A stretch of 64,000 nt of DNA from the NCBI GenBank assembly GCA_047602425.1, contig JASGHG010000001.1, positions 4,896,001-4,960,000 on the forward strand. Reading direction: 5' to 3'. The position numbers and the translations under genes were made by a program. The notes beneath the pieces are model-generated. The model was not told the origin of the DNA, searched no databases, and saw nothing but the letters and a program-made list of their open reading frames with translations. This document shows, piece after piece, positions 1-9,622 of the stretch (its first letter is position 1; each line of letters starts with the position of its first letter). Source of the DNA: Nibricoccus sp. (lineage in GTDB: Bacteria > Verrucomicrobiota > Verrucomicrobiia > Opitutales > Opitutaceae).

Positions 1-76
1 AGATTTCACCCTTTGCGAAGCTCCGGCGGGTTGTTATGAACTGTCCTCCAACCTTTCGACTTAGTATTTTTTAACC

Positions 77-1732
77 ATGCGTCGCCGTCACAACATTGGT
101 TCGAGGAGGAGCACGTTGTCCCTAACGCGCTTTTGCCCGCTATCCGTCGTTTTATTCCAGTTTTTCTTCGGCACAATTCTCACTCTCAATCTTTCCAGCG
201 CGGAAGCGGCAGCCGATATCGTTCCGCGTAACGAACCGCTTGCCACCACTAGTTCCGGTCCAATCAGCGGCTATATCGACCAAGGGATCAACGCCTTCAA
301 AGGCATTCCTTACGGCGGTGATACTGCCCTTCGTCGTTTCAAAGCCCCGGTTCCACCCGATCCGTGGGCCGAGGTGCGACGCTGTGTCGAGTTCGGTCCG
401 ATGGCGGTCCAGCCGAATGGTTATCATGCGGATCGCGCCGATCGGCCCGCGTATCAGCAAAGCGAAGATTGCCTTCGACTCAACGTGTGGACGCCCGCTC
501 TGCGTGACGGAAAGAAGCGCCCGGTCCTCGTCTATTTTCACGGTGGCGCTTACAACGGTGGTTCGGTTAACTCCGATCTCTACGACGGCGTGCGCCTTTG
601 CAAAAAAGGCGACGTTGTTGTCGTGACCGTTAACCACCGTCTCAACGGCTTCGGTTATCTTTTCCTCGCCGACTTTGGCGGCCCAGCCTACGCGGAGTCC
701 GGGAACGCCGGCATGCTCGATCTCGTTCTCGCGCTTAAATGGGTGCGCGATAATATCACGGAGTTCGGCGGCGATCCTGGCTGCGTGACCATTTTCGGTC
801 AATCGGGTGGCGGTGCCAAATGCGCGACACTCATGGCCATGCCTGCGGCTCATGGACTTTTTCACCGAGTCTGGACCATGAGCGGTCAGCAAATCACCGG
901 CCGCATGCGTAAAAACGCCAATGACACCGCGCGCAATTTTCTCCAAAAGCTCAATCTCACGCCCAGCGAGATTGGACGCCTAAATACACTTTCGACCGAA
1001 CAACTTGTCACCGCCATGGCCGGTGGATCCTGGACGCCGGTTGTCGACGGAAAAGTGCTGCCACGCGATCCCTTTGCCCCCGATGCCTCGCCGCTTTCCG
1101 CTGACATTCCCATGGTCATGGGTAACACCCACGATGAAACCACCAACCTCATCGGCGGCAGCAATTCCGCGCTTTTCACTCTCACTTGGGAAACACTGCC
1201 CGAGGCGCTCACTAAAACCATCAAGCAATTCATGGGCGAACTCACTCCCGCTGCAATCGTGGCGGAGTACCGCAAGCTTTACCCAAACTACTCGCCATCG
1301 GACATTTTCTTCGCCGCCACGACTGCCGCCCGTTCGTGGAAAAGCATGGTGGTCGAATGCGAAAGCCGCACCCGCCAGGGCGGCGCGCCAACGTACGTCT
1401 ATTATGTGGATTGGCCCTCGCCGGTTGACGGCGGAAAATGGAAGGCGCCGCACATGATCGATATCCCTCTCGTGTTCGACAATGCCGCCCAAGACAAGCT
1501 CACCAAAGGTTTTCCTGAAGCCCAAAAGCTCGCCGATCAAATGAGCGATGCACTGATCGCTTTTGCCCGTACTGGAAATCCAAATACGACCAGTCTTCCC
1601 GCCTGGCCGCGATTCGATCTCGATGCACGCCCAACCATGCTGTTCGACACCAAGGTCCGCGTCGAAAACGATCCTCGCGGCGCGGAGCGCAAGCTCTTCG
1701 CCCCGGCTGTCTACGTTCAACCCGGCACCTGA
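77..1732 (+). CDS. Type-B carboxylesterase/lipase (para-nitrobenzyl esterase-like), probably secreted
   Basis: FKGIPY, SEDCLRLNVWTP, HGG oxyanion motif, nucleophile elbow FGQSGGG, GNTHDE and APH triad regions; N-terminal hydrophobic stretch; exact start uncertain. Confidence 0.9.
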   Translation: MRRRHNIGSRRSTLSLTRFCPLSVVLFQFFFGTILTLNLSSAEAAADIVPRNEPLATTSSGPISGYIDQGINAFKGIPYGGDTALRRFKAPVPPDPWAEVRRCVEFGPMAVQPNGYHADRADRPAYQQSEDCLRLNVWTPALRDGKKRPVLVYFHGGAYNGGSVNSDLYDGVRLCKKGDVVVVTVNHRLNGFGYLFLADFGGPAYAESGNAGMLDLVLALKWVRDNITEFGGDPGCVTIFGQSGGGAKCATLMAMPAAHGLFHRVWTMSGQQITGRMRKNANDTARNFLQKLNLTPSEIGRLNTLSTEQLVTAMAGGSWTPVVDGKVLPRDPFAPDASPLSADIPMVMGNTHDETTNLIGGSNSALFTLTWETLPEALTKTIKQFMGELTPAAIVAEYRKLYPNYSPSDIFFAATTAARSWKSMVVECESRTRQGGAPTYVYYVDWPSPVDGGKWKAPHMIDIPLVFDNAAQDKLTKGFPEAQKLADQMSDALIAFARTGNPNTTSLPAWPRFDLDARPTMLFDTKVRVENDPRGAERKLFAPAVYVQPGT

Positions 1733-1734
1733 CC

Positions 1735-3401
1735 ATGCGCCCACTCGTCCAGCGTCTGCTTGCCATTGCACTTTTTCTGCTTGGCTTTGCAGTTCGTGCC
1801 GACGAAACAAAACCATCGATCAGCACTAACCCCATCATTCGTGGCGATTGGTCCGATCCGGCGCTGATTCGAGTAGGCGACGATTACTACACCTGCCGTT
1901 CCTCCTTCGGCTGGCAACCTGGCATTCCCATCGCGCATAGCCGCGATCTCATTCACTGGGAATATATCGGCCACGCTTTCACCACGCATCCCAAATTGAC
2001 CCCCGGCGATACTCGCGGTGGCATCTGGGGCGTCGACATGGGCTATAATCCCAACACCCGGCAATTTCTCATCTACGCCCCTTGCCGCGATCATTCGGTT
2101 TATGTTTTCAGCTCACCGCGTCCCGAAGGGCCGTATAAAATGACTTTCCTCGGCGACGACCTCGGCATCGATCCGGGATTCTTCGCCGATGACGACGGTA
2201 AACTCTACCTCGTGCTTAGTCACGGAACGATTCACGAACTTACACCCGACGGGCTCTCCATCAAACGCACGGCCAGCCGCATCGATCGTTCGCGGTATAA
2301 ACTTTTCGAGGGTCCGGCGATTTTTAAACGCAGCGACTGGTATTACCTCCTCTTTTCCGACGGCGGCACTCTCCCTCATGAACCAAGCACCATCTCCACA
2401 CTTCGCGCTCGCAGCCTTTCCGGCCCTTGGACGGAAGATCCCGGCAATCCCGTGATGTTTTCCACTGGGAAGGGTGCGCGATTTGAAGCACCCGCTCATG
2501 GCACGCTGCTTCAAACGCCGGATGGCCAGTGGTTCCTTGCTTATCACGCGCACGAAACCGCTTTCTACACACTGGCCGCCAGATGCTGATGCAGCCAGTC
2601 GAGTGGACCGACGATGGCTGGTGGCGACCAACCACCGGCAAGGTGCCAACCGATACGTTCGGCAGTCCGGCACTCCCTATCGGCAATTTTAAATTCGCCC
2701 AGTCCGACGAATTCGAGTCCGAAAAACTCGGCCTGCAATGGTTCTTCACCTGCCCGCCTGACTTTGGCGGCAAATCGTGGTCACTATCCGAAAAATCGGG
2801 CGTTCTCTGTCTTCGCACGCAGCCTGGCGATTTGACAATTCTCACTGCCTTGCCGGTTGTTTTCCAACAACGCGTCATCGATAAAACTTTCTCGTTCGAA
2901 ACGAAACTTACCTTTGCGGCGCATGAAGGACACGAAGCGGCCGGCTTGCATATGTTTCACGATCCACGGATGAACTTCTGGCTCGTCTCCACCGTTCGCG
3001 ATGGAAAAGCCGTCATCTCTGTTGGCAAAACCAATCTCGGCCAGCGTGCCGATCTCTGGTCAATGCCCAACCCGCACGGCGATACCGTCCACCTGAAGAT
3101 CGTGGTCAACGGCGAGGAGCGTGCCACGTTTTTCTTTGGACCCGACGGCGAACAATGGACGAAACTTGGCGATAGCATTTATTTCGGAGCCAGCGCCCAC
3201 CACCTGCGCGGCAACCTCAAAGGCGACCCCGACCTCGGCTGGGTCGGCACTTACAAGACACGCGCGCCCGATGGCGAACAAATCCGCGAGGGCAACGTCT
3301 GGACCGCCGCGACCTTCGGCGTCTTCGCCATACGCGATGGAGCCAAAGCCACGCGCAATGCCGATTTCGAGTATTTCCGCGTCACGCCCGCCGTGCCCTA
3401 A
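1735..3401 (+). pseudogene. GH43 glycoside hydrolase (beta-xylosidase/arabinofuranosidase-like) with C-terminal beta-sandwich, split by a 1-nt frameshift near 2574 (real or consensus error)
   Basis: ORF 1735-2589 has a signal peptide, NPIIRGDWSDPALIRVGDDYY, IDP, FEGP and HG motifs. ORF 2529-3401 continues GRQMLMQPVEW...DEFESEKLGLQW. Adding one G to ctggccgccag (2572-2582) restores FYTLGRQMLMQ. Confidence 0.85.
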
Positions 3402-3412
3402 CCTTTTCCTCC

Positions 3413-4666
3413 ATGGAACGTCTCACCGCCAAATACTATATCGAAACGCCACTCCCCGTCGCCAAGGCCGCCGCTTCGCTCGCCGGCGAACAATCTTCCG
3501 GTACATTTGTTGAGGTACCCGGAGAGACCGCCGAGTTGAAACAGCGTTTCGCCGCACGGGTCGAAAAAATCGTCGAGCTCGATTCCTCTCCAGTCCCTGC
3601 GATTCCCACCGGCCGCCCCGCTCCAGCCAACGCCGTTTATCGTCGTGCCGAGATCACGGTTTCCTGGTCCATCGAAAATTTCGGCTACAATCTACCGACG
3701 ATCGTTTCCACCATTCAGGGCAACCTTTACGAGCTCGCGCAGTTTTCCGGCCTCAAATTGATGGAGATCGAGGTGCCGCACTCCTTTGCCGAACGTTTTA
3801 GCGGACCTAAATTCGGCGTCGCTGGCTGCCGTCGACTCACGGGCGTCCAGGCCCGTCCGCTCATCGGCACCATCATCAAGCCCAGCATCGGCCTCACGGT
3901 CGCGCAGACGGCCGAACTCGTGAAAACGCTCGTGGAAGCCGGCATCGATTTTCTCAAAGACGATGAACTCATGGCCAACCCGCCGCATTCGCCGTTCGAC
4001 GAACGCGTTGATGCCATCATGCGGGTGATCAATGACCACGCCGAACGAACCGGAAGAAAGGCGATGTATGCGTTCAACATCAGCGACGAGGTCGATGCCA
4101 TGCAGCGCCATTACGACAAGATCGTTTCCACCGGCGGCACCTGTGCGATGGTTAGCCTCAACAGCGTTGGTCTTTCCGCCACCAAGAAAATCTGCGATCA
4201 CGGCCAACTCGCCATCCACGGCCACCGCAATGGTTGGGGCATGTTTAATCGTCACCCGCTACTCGGCATAGAGTTTCCTGCTTACCAAGTCCTCTGGCGT
4301 CTCGCCGGCATCGATCAACTCCACGTCAACGGTATCGCCAATAAATTCTGGGAATCCGACGACTCGGTCGTCCGCTCGATTGAAGCCTGTCGTCGTCCGC
4401 TCCTCGGCGGTATGTCAGTCTTGCCGGTTGTTTCCTCCGGACAATGGGGAGGCCAGGCACCCGAAACCTATCGCCGTACCCAAACGACTGATCTCCTGTA
4501 TATGGCCGGGGGCGGCATCATGGCCCACCCCGACGGCCCAGCGGCGGGTGTCCACGCGCTTCGCAAATGGTGGGACGCCGCCGTCGAAGGCCTCACGTTG
4601 GAACAAGCAGCCACAAAATACCCCGAGCTCGCAAAGTCGGTGGCAAAATTTGGAAAATCGAAATAG
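3413..4666 (+). CDS. RuBisCO-like protein (form IV RLP), OiaT/OiaX-type (3-oxo-isoapionate 4-phosphate transcarboxylase or decarboxylase)
   Basis: GEQSSGT, QGNL, GTIIKPSIGL, GIDFLKDDE, IHGHRNG, DQLHVNG, NKF, SSGQ, AGGGI; lies next to a DUF1537 kinase; no small subunit or PRK nearby. Confidence 0.9.
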   Translation: MERLTAKYYIETPLPVAKAAASLAGEQSSGTFVEVPGETAELKQRFAARVEKIVELDSSPVPAIPTGRPAPANAVYRRAEITVSWSIENFGYNLPTIVSTIQGNLYELAQFSGLKLMEIEVPHSFAERFSGPKFGVAGCRRLTGVQARPLIGTIIKPSIGLTVAQTAELVKTLVEAGIDFLKDDELMANPPHSPFDERVDAIMRVINDHAERTGRKAMYAFNISDEVDAMQRHYDKIVSTGGTCAMVSLNSVGLSATKKICDHGQLAIHGHRNGWGMFNRHPLLGIEFPAYQVLWRLAGIDQLHVNGIANKFWESDDSVVRSIEACRRPLLGGMSVLPVVSSGQWGGQAPETYRRTQTTDLLYMAGGGIMAHPDGPAAGVHALRKWWDAAVEGLTLEQAATKYPELAKSVAKFGKSK

Positions 4667-4743
4667 TCCACAAATAATACTGCGGGAATTTTGGGTATTA
4701 CACTTCGTTTCATTTCAACCAACTCTCTGCATTCGTTGACACC

Positions 4744-6070
4744 ATGACCGCAAAAAACGACCTCCTTCTTGCTTATTATGGCGACGACTTCACCGGTTCC
4801 ACGGATGCCTTGGAGTTTTTGACGAGAGCCGGCATCAGCACCACGCTGTTTCTCGATCCACCTGGTCCCGACAAGCTCAAACTCTACCCTGGCATCCAAG
4901 CGGTGGGAGTCGCCGGTTTTACGCGTTCACTCGCACCAGAAGCGATGGAAAAGGAACTGCGTCCCGCTTTCGAAGCGCTGCGAACACTGGGCGCACGGCA
5001 TGTGCACTACAAGGTCTGCTCGACTTTCGATTCGTCGCCCGAAGTCGGTAGCATTGGACGCGCGATCGATGTTGGTTCTTCGGTGTTCAGTGCGGCGTTT
5101 GTCCCCTTGCTCGTTGCTGCACCCGCGCTGGGGCGTCATTGCGTGTTTGGAAATCTTTTTGCGCGAATGGGCATAGGCAGTCAGGGCGAAATTTTCCGGC
5201 TCGACCGGCACCCCTCAATGAGTCGCCATCCAGTGACTCCGGCTCGACGAAAGCGACCTGCGTCTGCATCTGGCCAAACAAACAGCCAAGACCATTGCCC
5301 TTTTCGACATTCTCAAGCTCGGACTGCCCGTGCCGGAAGCGCGTAACGAACTTGAGAAATTGCTCAGCGGGAAACCCGGGATCGTTTTATTCGATGGATT
5401 GTATGCCGAGCAACTGACGATCGTCGGCGAGTTGATCGACGCTTACGCGAAACCTCAGCAGCCGCTCTTTTCGGTGGGTTCATCCGGCATCGAAATGGCC
5501 CTGGGCGCGCATTGGACCAAAACCATGAAGCTCACCTCGCCGTCGACCTGGCTACAACCGTTGTCCACCACCCCGCTTCTTGTCATCTCAGGCAGTTGCT
5601 CTCCAGTGACAGCGGCACAAATCGCTTTTGCCGGTAACACCGGGTTTGGGCACGTGCCACTTGACGTCGCGGCGCTTACGCGCGGTGAGAGCGTGGAAAC
5701 GACGATTCGCATCATTGTTTCCCATTTGCGAGCTGGACGGCATGTCGTAGCCTACACCAGTCGCGGCCCCGTCGATACGCCACTTTCTCGCGACGGCGCC
5801 CGTACCCTTGGGACGACGCTCGGCGTGATTGCCCAAGCTGCCATCGCTCAGGGCAAAGTCCGAAGGGTGATGTTTGCCGGAGGAGACACATCGAGTTACG
5901 CCGCGCGTTCGCTCGGAATTGACGCGATCGAAATGATCGCACCGCTTGCACCCGGTGCCCCCCTTTGTCGCGCGCATTCCTCCGATCCACTCATCGAGGG
6001 CCTGGCCGTCAATTTCAAAGGTGGGCAAGTTGGCGCCGAAGATTATTTCGCTTCAGTCGCATTCGCCTGA
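4744..6070 (+). pseudogene. Four-carbon acid-sugar kinase family (DUF1537, OiaK-like), split by a 1-nt insertion near 5244-5245 (real or consensus error)
   Basis: YYGDDFTGSTD, HYKVCSTFDSS and RHPVTP in ORF 4744-5346; SGSCS, AGGDTS and FKGGQVG in ORF 5330-6070. Removing one base from ggctcgac gives HPVTPADESDLRLHLAKQ in frame with the second ORF. Confidence 0.88.
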
Positions 6071-6080
6071 ACATATCCGC

Positions 6081-6241
6081 CGTAGAGAACACAGAGCTTT
6101 GACACAGAGTTCACAGAGTAAAACCAAACCTAACCTTTATCCTCTCTTCCTTCTACATCAATGACCATGAGTGAAAATGCGTGGTTAAGACTCCTTCTCC
6201 ATCCTCCGTGTTCTCTGTGTCCGAGCTCCGTGCCCTCTGTG
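6081..6241. repeat. Imperfect inverted-repeat element built of CAC(A/G)GAG units
   Basis: Left arm 6081-6118 and right arm 6204-6241 are reverse-complementary at 28 of 38 positions by my alignment. Confidence 0.8.
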
Positions 6242-6300
6242 ATCCACTCCGAATAATCCCGTCATCCTATATTCTTCGTTCTCCATCCTAAATTTTCCAC

Positions 6301-6957
6301 ATGCCCACCCTCGCTCTCATCCATACCTCCGCCACGCTCGTCCCGGTCTTTGCCGCGCTCACCAAGGAAAAGCTGCCTGGCGTCGCCACGTTCAACATTG
6401 TCGATGACAGTCTGGTCGGCGGCATTCGCAAAAAAGGTTCTCTCACCGCCGATATCGCTCGCCGCGTTGCCAGTTACATCCAATCTGCCGAAGCTAGCGG
6501 TGCCAATCATATCCTCGTGACCTGCTCCTCGATCGGCCCCGCGGTCGAAGCCGCCGCACCCTTCAGTGCAGTCCCTGTTCTTCGGGTCGATCAACCCATG
6601 ATCGACAAAGCCATTCAGGCCGGCACACGCATCGGCGTCATCGCGACGCTCGCTACCACACTTAATCCCACCACCGACCTCCTTCTGCGGCGTGCTGCTC
6701 TTGCCGGCAAAAAAATCGATCACACCGCCCGCCTCGTCGACGGCGCCTTCGAGGCACTTATGAGTGGCGACGCAGCCAAGCATGATAACCTCGTCGCATC
6801 CGCGCTCCGCGAACTCTCAACGCAGGTCGACGTCATCCTCCTCGCCCAAGCTTCAATGGCCCGCGTCGTCGATACGCTCGCCCCAGCCGACCGCCGGATC
6901 CCCATTTTTGCCAGTCCACCTATTGCGATCGAACACCTCGCCACCGTAATCAAATAA
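6301..6957 (+). CDS. Asp/Glu/hydantoin racemase family protein
   Basis: LALIHTS, LVTCSSIG, RVDQPM, IGVIAT, ILLAQASM; only one Cys in the protein. Confidence 0.8.
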   Translation: MPTLALIHTSATLVPVFAALTKEKLPGVATFNIVDDSLVGGIRKKGSLTADIARRVASYIQSAEASGANHILVTCSSIGPAVEAAAPFSAVPVLRVDQPMIDKAIQAGTRIGVIATLATTLNPTTDLLLRRAALAGKKIDHTARLVDGAFEALMSGDAAKHDNLVASALRELSTQVDVILLAQASMARVVDTLAPADRRIPIFASPPIAIEHLATVIK

Positions 6958-6969
6958 CCGTTCTGCCCC

Positions 6970-7066
6970 GTGAGCGTTAAAAGTTAAGCGTTGAACATCG
7001 AGCGTTCTGCATCGTTTCCCATCCTCGACTCGATGTTAAATGTTCGATGTTCAGCGTTGGATGTTT
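6970..7066. repeat. Two runs of degenerate heptamer repeats (TTnAnCG/TTnnATG), same family as the element inside glcF
   Basis: gtgagcg-ttaaaag-ttaagcg-ttgaaca-tcgagcg-ttc (6970-7007) and tcgatg-ttaaatg-ttcgatg-ttcagcg-ttggatg (7030-7063). Confidence 0.75.
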
Positions 7067-7085
7067 CCCCCTGTTCCCCCTTCCT

Positions 7086-8423
7086 ATGCCCCAACTCCGC
7101 AAACTCTGTCTTGGCCTCGCCGCCGTCACATTTCTCGTTCTCCTGGTCGGCCTCTTCTTCAACCAATCGAACTTTTGGCAACCAGCGGCTGTAATAGCAG
7201 CGGTTGGGCTTGCAATTGGTCTGGGTGCAGTGCCTTCGCTCAAAGGCTATCAATTCACCGCGTGGATCGCCGCCGCGGTTGTTGCCGCGATGATTTATCC
7301 CTCGGGATTCCAGCGCTGGGGCAGCTTCGATCTACGCAATAAATGGCTCATTCTTCTGGTTGTGCAGATGGTGATGTTCGGCATGGGCACGCAAATGAGC
7401 CTGCGTGATTTTGCCGGGATCGTTAAAACGCCGCGCGGCGTGCTGGTTGGTATCATCTGCCATTTCACTGTCATGCCTTTCGTCGGCCTTGCCCTCACTA
7501 AAATCTTCCACTTCGAACCCGAAATCGCCGCCGGCATCATTCTCATCGGTTCCTGTTCCAGCGGACTTGCCTCGAACGTCATGGCCTATATCGCCAAGTC
7601 GAACCTTGTGCTATCGGTTACCGTGACGGCCATCACCACCATGGTCGCTCCGCTCATGACTCCGCTGCTCATGAAGCTTCTCGCTGGCACCATGGTCGAA
7701 GTGAAGTTCTTCAACATGATGATGGAGATCATCAAAATCGTTCTCGTGCCAATCGGCGCTGCGCTGTTGCATGATTATCTCAAAACGGCCACGCTTCGCG
7801 GCCGCCGGGTAACGATGGTCATTGGTTTCTTGAGCGCCCTTTGGTTATTGGCTCTGCCACTTGGCAGTTGGTCTTGGTTCGCCGCCCACGTTGATCTTGA
7901 ACCGCTTCACTGGATTGGAGCTTTTGGATTTTTCCTCGCCGCCGTCGTATTCGGCCTCGTTTATCACACCGCCACACGATTGATCCCGAAACTCGATCAG
8001 TGGACGCCACTGGCTTCGATGTTCGGTATTGTCTATTTCACTACAGTAACAACCGCCGCAGGACGCGATAACCTCCTCAAAATCGGCGGACTGCTTTTCC
8101 TGGCCGCCGCCATTCACAATGCCGCCGGTTACTTTTTCGGCTACTGGCTGAGCCGCGGTGCCGGGCTCGACAAAAACTCCGCCCGCTCCGTCGCTTTCGA
8201 AGTCGGCCTGCAAAACGGCGGCATGGCCTCCGGCCTCGCCGGCGGCATGGGCAAACTCGCCACCGTCGGCCTCGCCGCCGCCATCTTCAGCCCGTGGATG
8301 AACATCTCCGGCTCCATCCTCGCGAACTATTGGCGCCGCAAGCCCGCCGACGACTCCACCACGCCACCATCGGACTCCTTGCCAAAACCCGTCGCCGAAC
8401 CGCATAGTTCTCCGGTTCGTTAA
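7086..8423 (+). CDS. Bile acid:sodium symporter (BASS/SLC10) family transporter
   Basis: MFGMG, GSCSSGLASNVMAY, FEVGLQNGGMA and many TM helices; ATG 7086 chosen over 7047, which lies in the repeat. Confidence 0.9.
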   Translation: MPQLRKLCLGLAAVTFLVLLVGLFFNQSNFWQPAAVIAAVGLAIGLGAVPSLKGYQFTAWIAAAVVAAMIYPSGFQRWGSFDLRNKWLILLVVQMVMFGMGTQMSLRDFAGIVKTPRGVLVGIICHFTVMPFVGLALTKIFHFEPEIAAGIILIGSCSSGLASNVMAYIAKSNLVLSVTVTAITTMVAPLMTPLLMKLLAGTMVEVKFFNMMMEIIKIVLVPIGAALLHDYLKTATLRGRRVTMVIGFLSALWLLALPLGSWSWFAAHVDLEPLHWIGAFGFFLAAVVFGLVYHTATRLIPKLDQWTPLASMFGIVYFTTVTTAAGRDNLLKIGGLLFLAAAIHNAAGYFFGYWLSRGAGLDKNSARSVAFEVGLQNGGMASGLAGGMGKLATVGLAAAIFSPWMNISGSILANYWRRKPADDSTTPPSDSLPKPVAEPHSSPVR

Positions 8424-8437
8424 TTCCAGCCGAACTC

Positions 8438-9622
8438 ATGCCTCGCGGGTTAAAAATCATTCTGGCGGTGTCCCTGCTAGCCAATCTCGGGCTTGCCGCT
8501 GTCTACTTTCATGCCCGCCACGCCCCATCTCTGGTTTCATCCCGCACGACAACCATCAATCACGCCCAAACAACCCCGCTCGCCTCCAACTGGCAGGCCC
8601 TCGCCGCCGCCACCGCCAGCGATGATCAAGCTTACGTTGCACGCCTCCGCGCCGAGGGTTTTCCGGCCAACGTTCTCCGTGCCTTTATGAAGGCAGAGCT
8701 TGCCGAGCGTTTTGCCGAACAGCGCCGCATCGCCAGAAAGGCCACTGGCAAGGACGACTACTGGCGCGACTACAATGCTCGATACCGCGCCAATCCCGAG
8801 GCCCAAGCCGCGCTCCGAGCTCTCGACCGTCAACAGGACGAACTCCTCCACCGGCTCCTCGGTCCCGATGCACTCAGCCCGCTTGAGACCGCCCGCCGCA
8901 TCCGTCGATTTGGCAATTTATCCGCCGATAAGCTCCACCAGCTTCAGCTCTTGAGTCAGGATTATAACGATATGTCCCAGCAAATCCGCCAAACAGCCGG
9001 CACCCTGCAACTGAAGGAGGATAAAGATGAAATCGAGTACCTTTACAAAGAACGCGATGCCGACATCGCCGCCCTCCTCGCCCCCGACGAACTCATTGCA
9101 TATCAGCTGCGCGAAAGCCCGACGGCTTTCAACCTCCAGTGGAAAATCCGCGCGTTCGATGCCACCGAGCAGGAGTATGAAACCCTCTACTCCCTCCAAA
9201 AATCCTACGAGGACCAAAACAAGACAGCCAATCCCGAGGAAAGGAAAAAGGCCGAGCAATTGCTGATACAAAGCATCGAGGCAGCCCTCGGCTCCGAACG
9301 CTACACCGAGTACAAGATCACCACCGACGGTTCCTTCGTTGGCGTTGTCGAGGTCACCAACAATCAGGGACTACCTCCTGCCATCGCCAAAGAAGCCGTC
9401 GCCTACAAACTCGACGTCATCCAGCGCTGGACAGCGATCAAACAGGACCCCGTGCTCACGCAGGCCGACCGCGATGCCAAAATCGCCGCGCTCGTCGCCG
9501 AAGCCAAAGCCGCGCTCAGTCAAAAACTCGGCCCCGCTGGCTTCACTGAATACTGCAAAAACAACAACATCAGCTCGTGGATCGACAACGTTGCGAAATC
9601 CACCGGCCCGTCCAAGCCATGA
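8438..9622 (+). CDS. Hypothetical exported/membrane-anchored alpha-helical protein, paralog 1
   Basis: 394 aa ORF with N-terminal hydrophobic anchor (SLLANLGL); shares co-linear motifs with the next gene. Confidence 0.75.
   Translation: MPRGLKIILAVSLLANLGLAAVYFHARHAPSLVSSRTTTINHAQTTPLASNWQALAAATASDDQAYVARLRAEGFPANVLRAFMKAELAERFAEQRRIARKATGKDDYWRDYNARYRANPEAQAALRALDRQQDELLHRLLGPDALSPLETARRIRRFGNLSADKLHQLQLLSQDYNDMSQQIRQTAGTLQLKEDKDEIEYLYKERDADIAALLAPDELIAYQLRESPTAFNLQWKIRAFDATEQEYETLYSLQKSYEDQNKTANPEERKKAEQLLIQSIEAALGSERYTEYKITTDGSFVGVVEVTNNQGLPPAIAKEAVAYKLDVIQRWTAIKQDPVLTQADRDAKIAALVAEAKAALSQKLGPAGFTEYCKNNNISSWIDNVAKSTGPSKP

Noticed and set aside
3413..4666. CO2-fixing RuBisCO / autotrophy
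   Set aside because: The K177 equivalent is Ser, there is no small subunit, PRK or cbb gene, and the context is catabolic; this is a form IV RLP
2570..5250. Programmed ribosomal frameshifting or phase variation at the two frameshifts
   Set aside because: No slippery heptamer, long homopolymer or simple tandem repeat at either site
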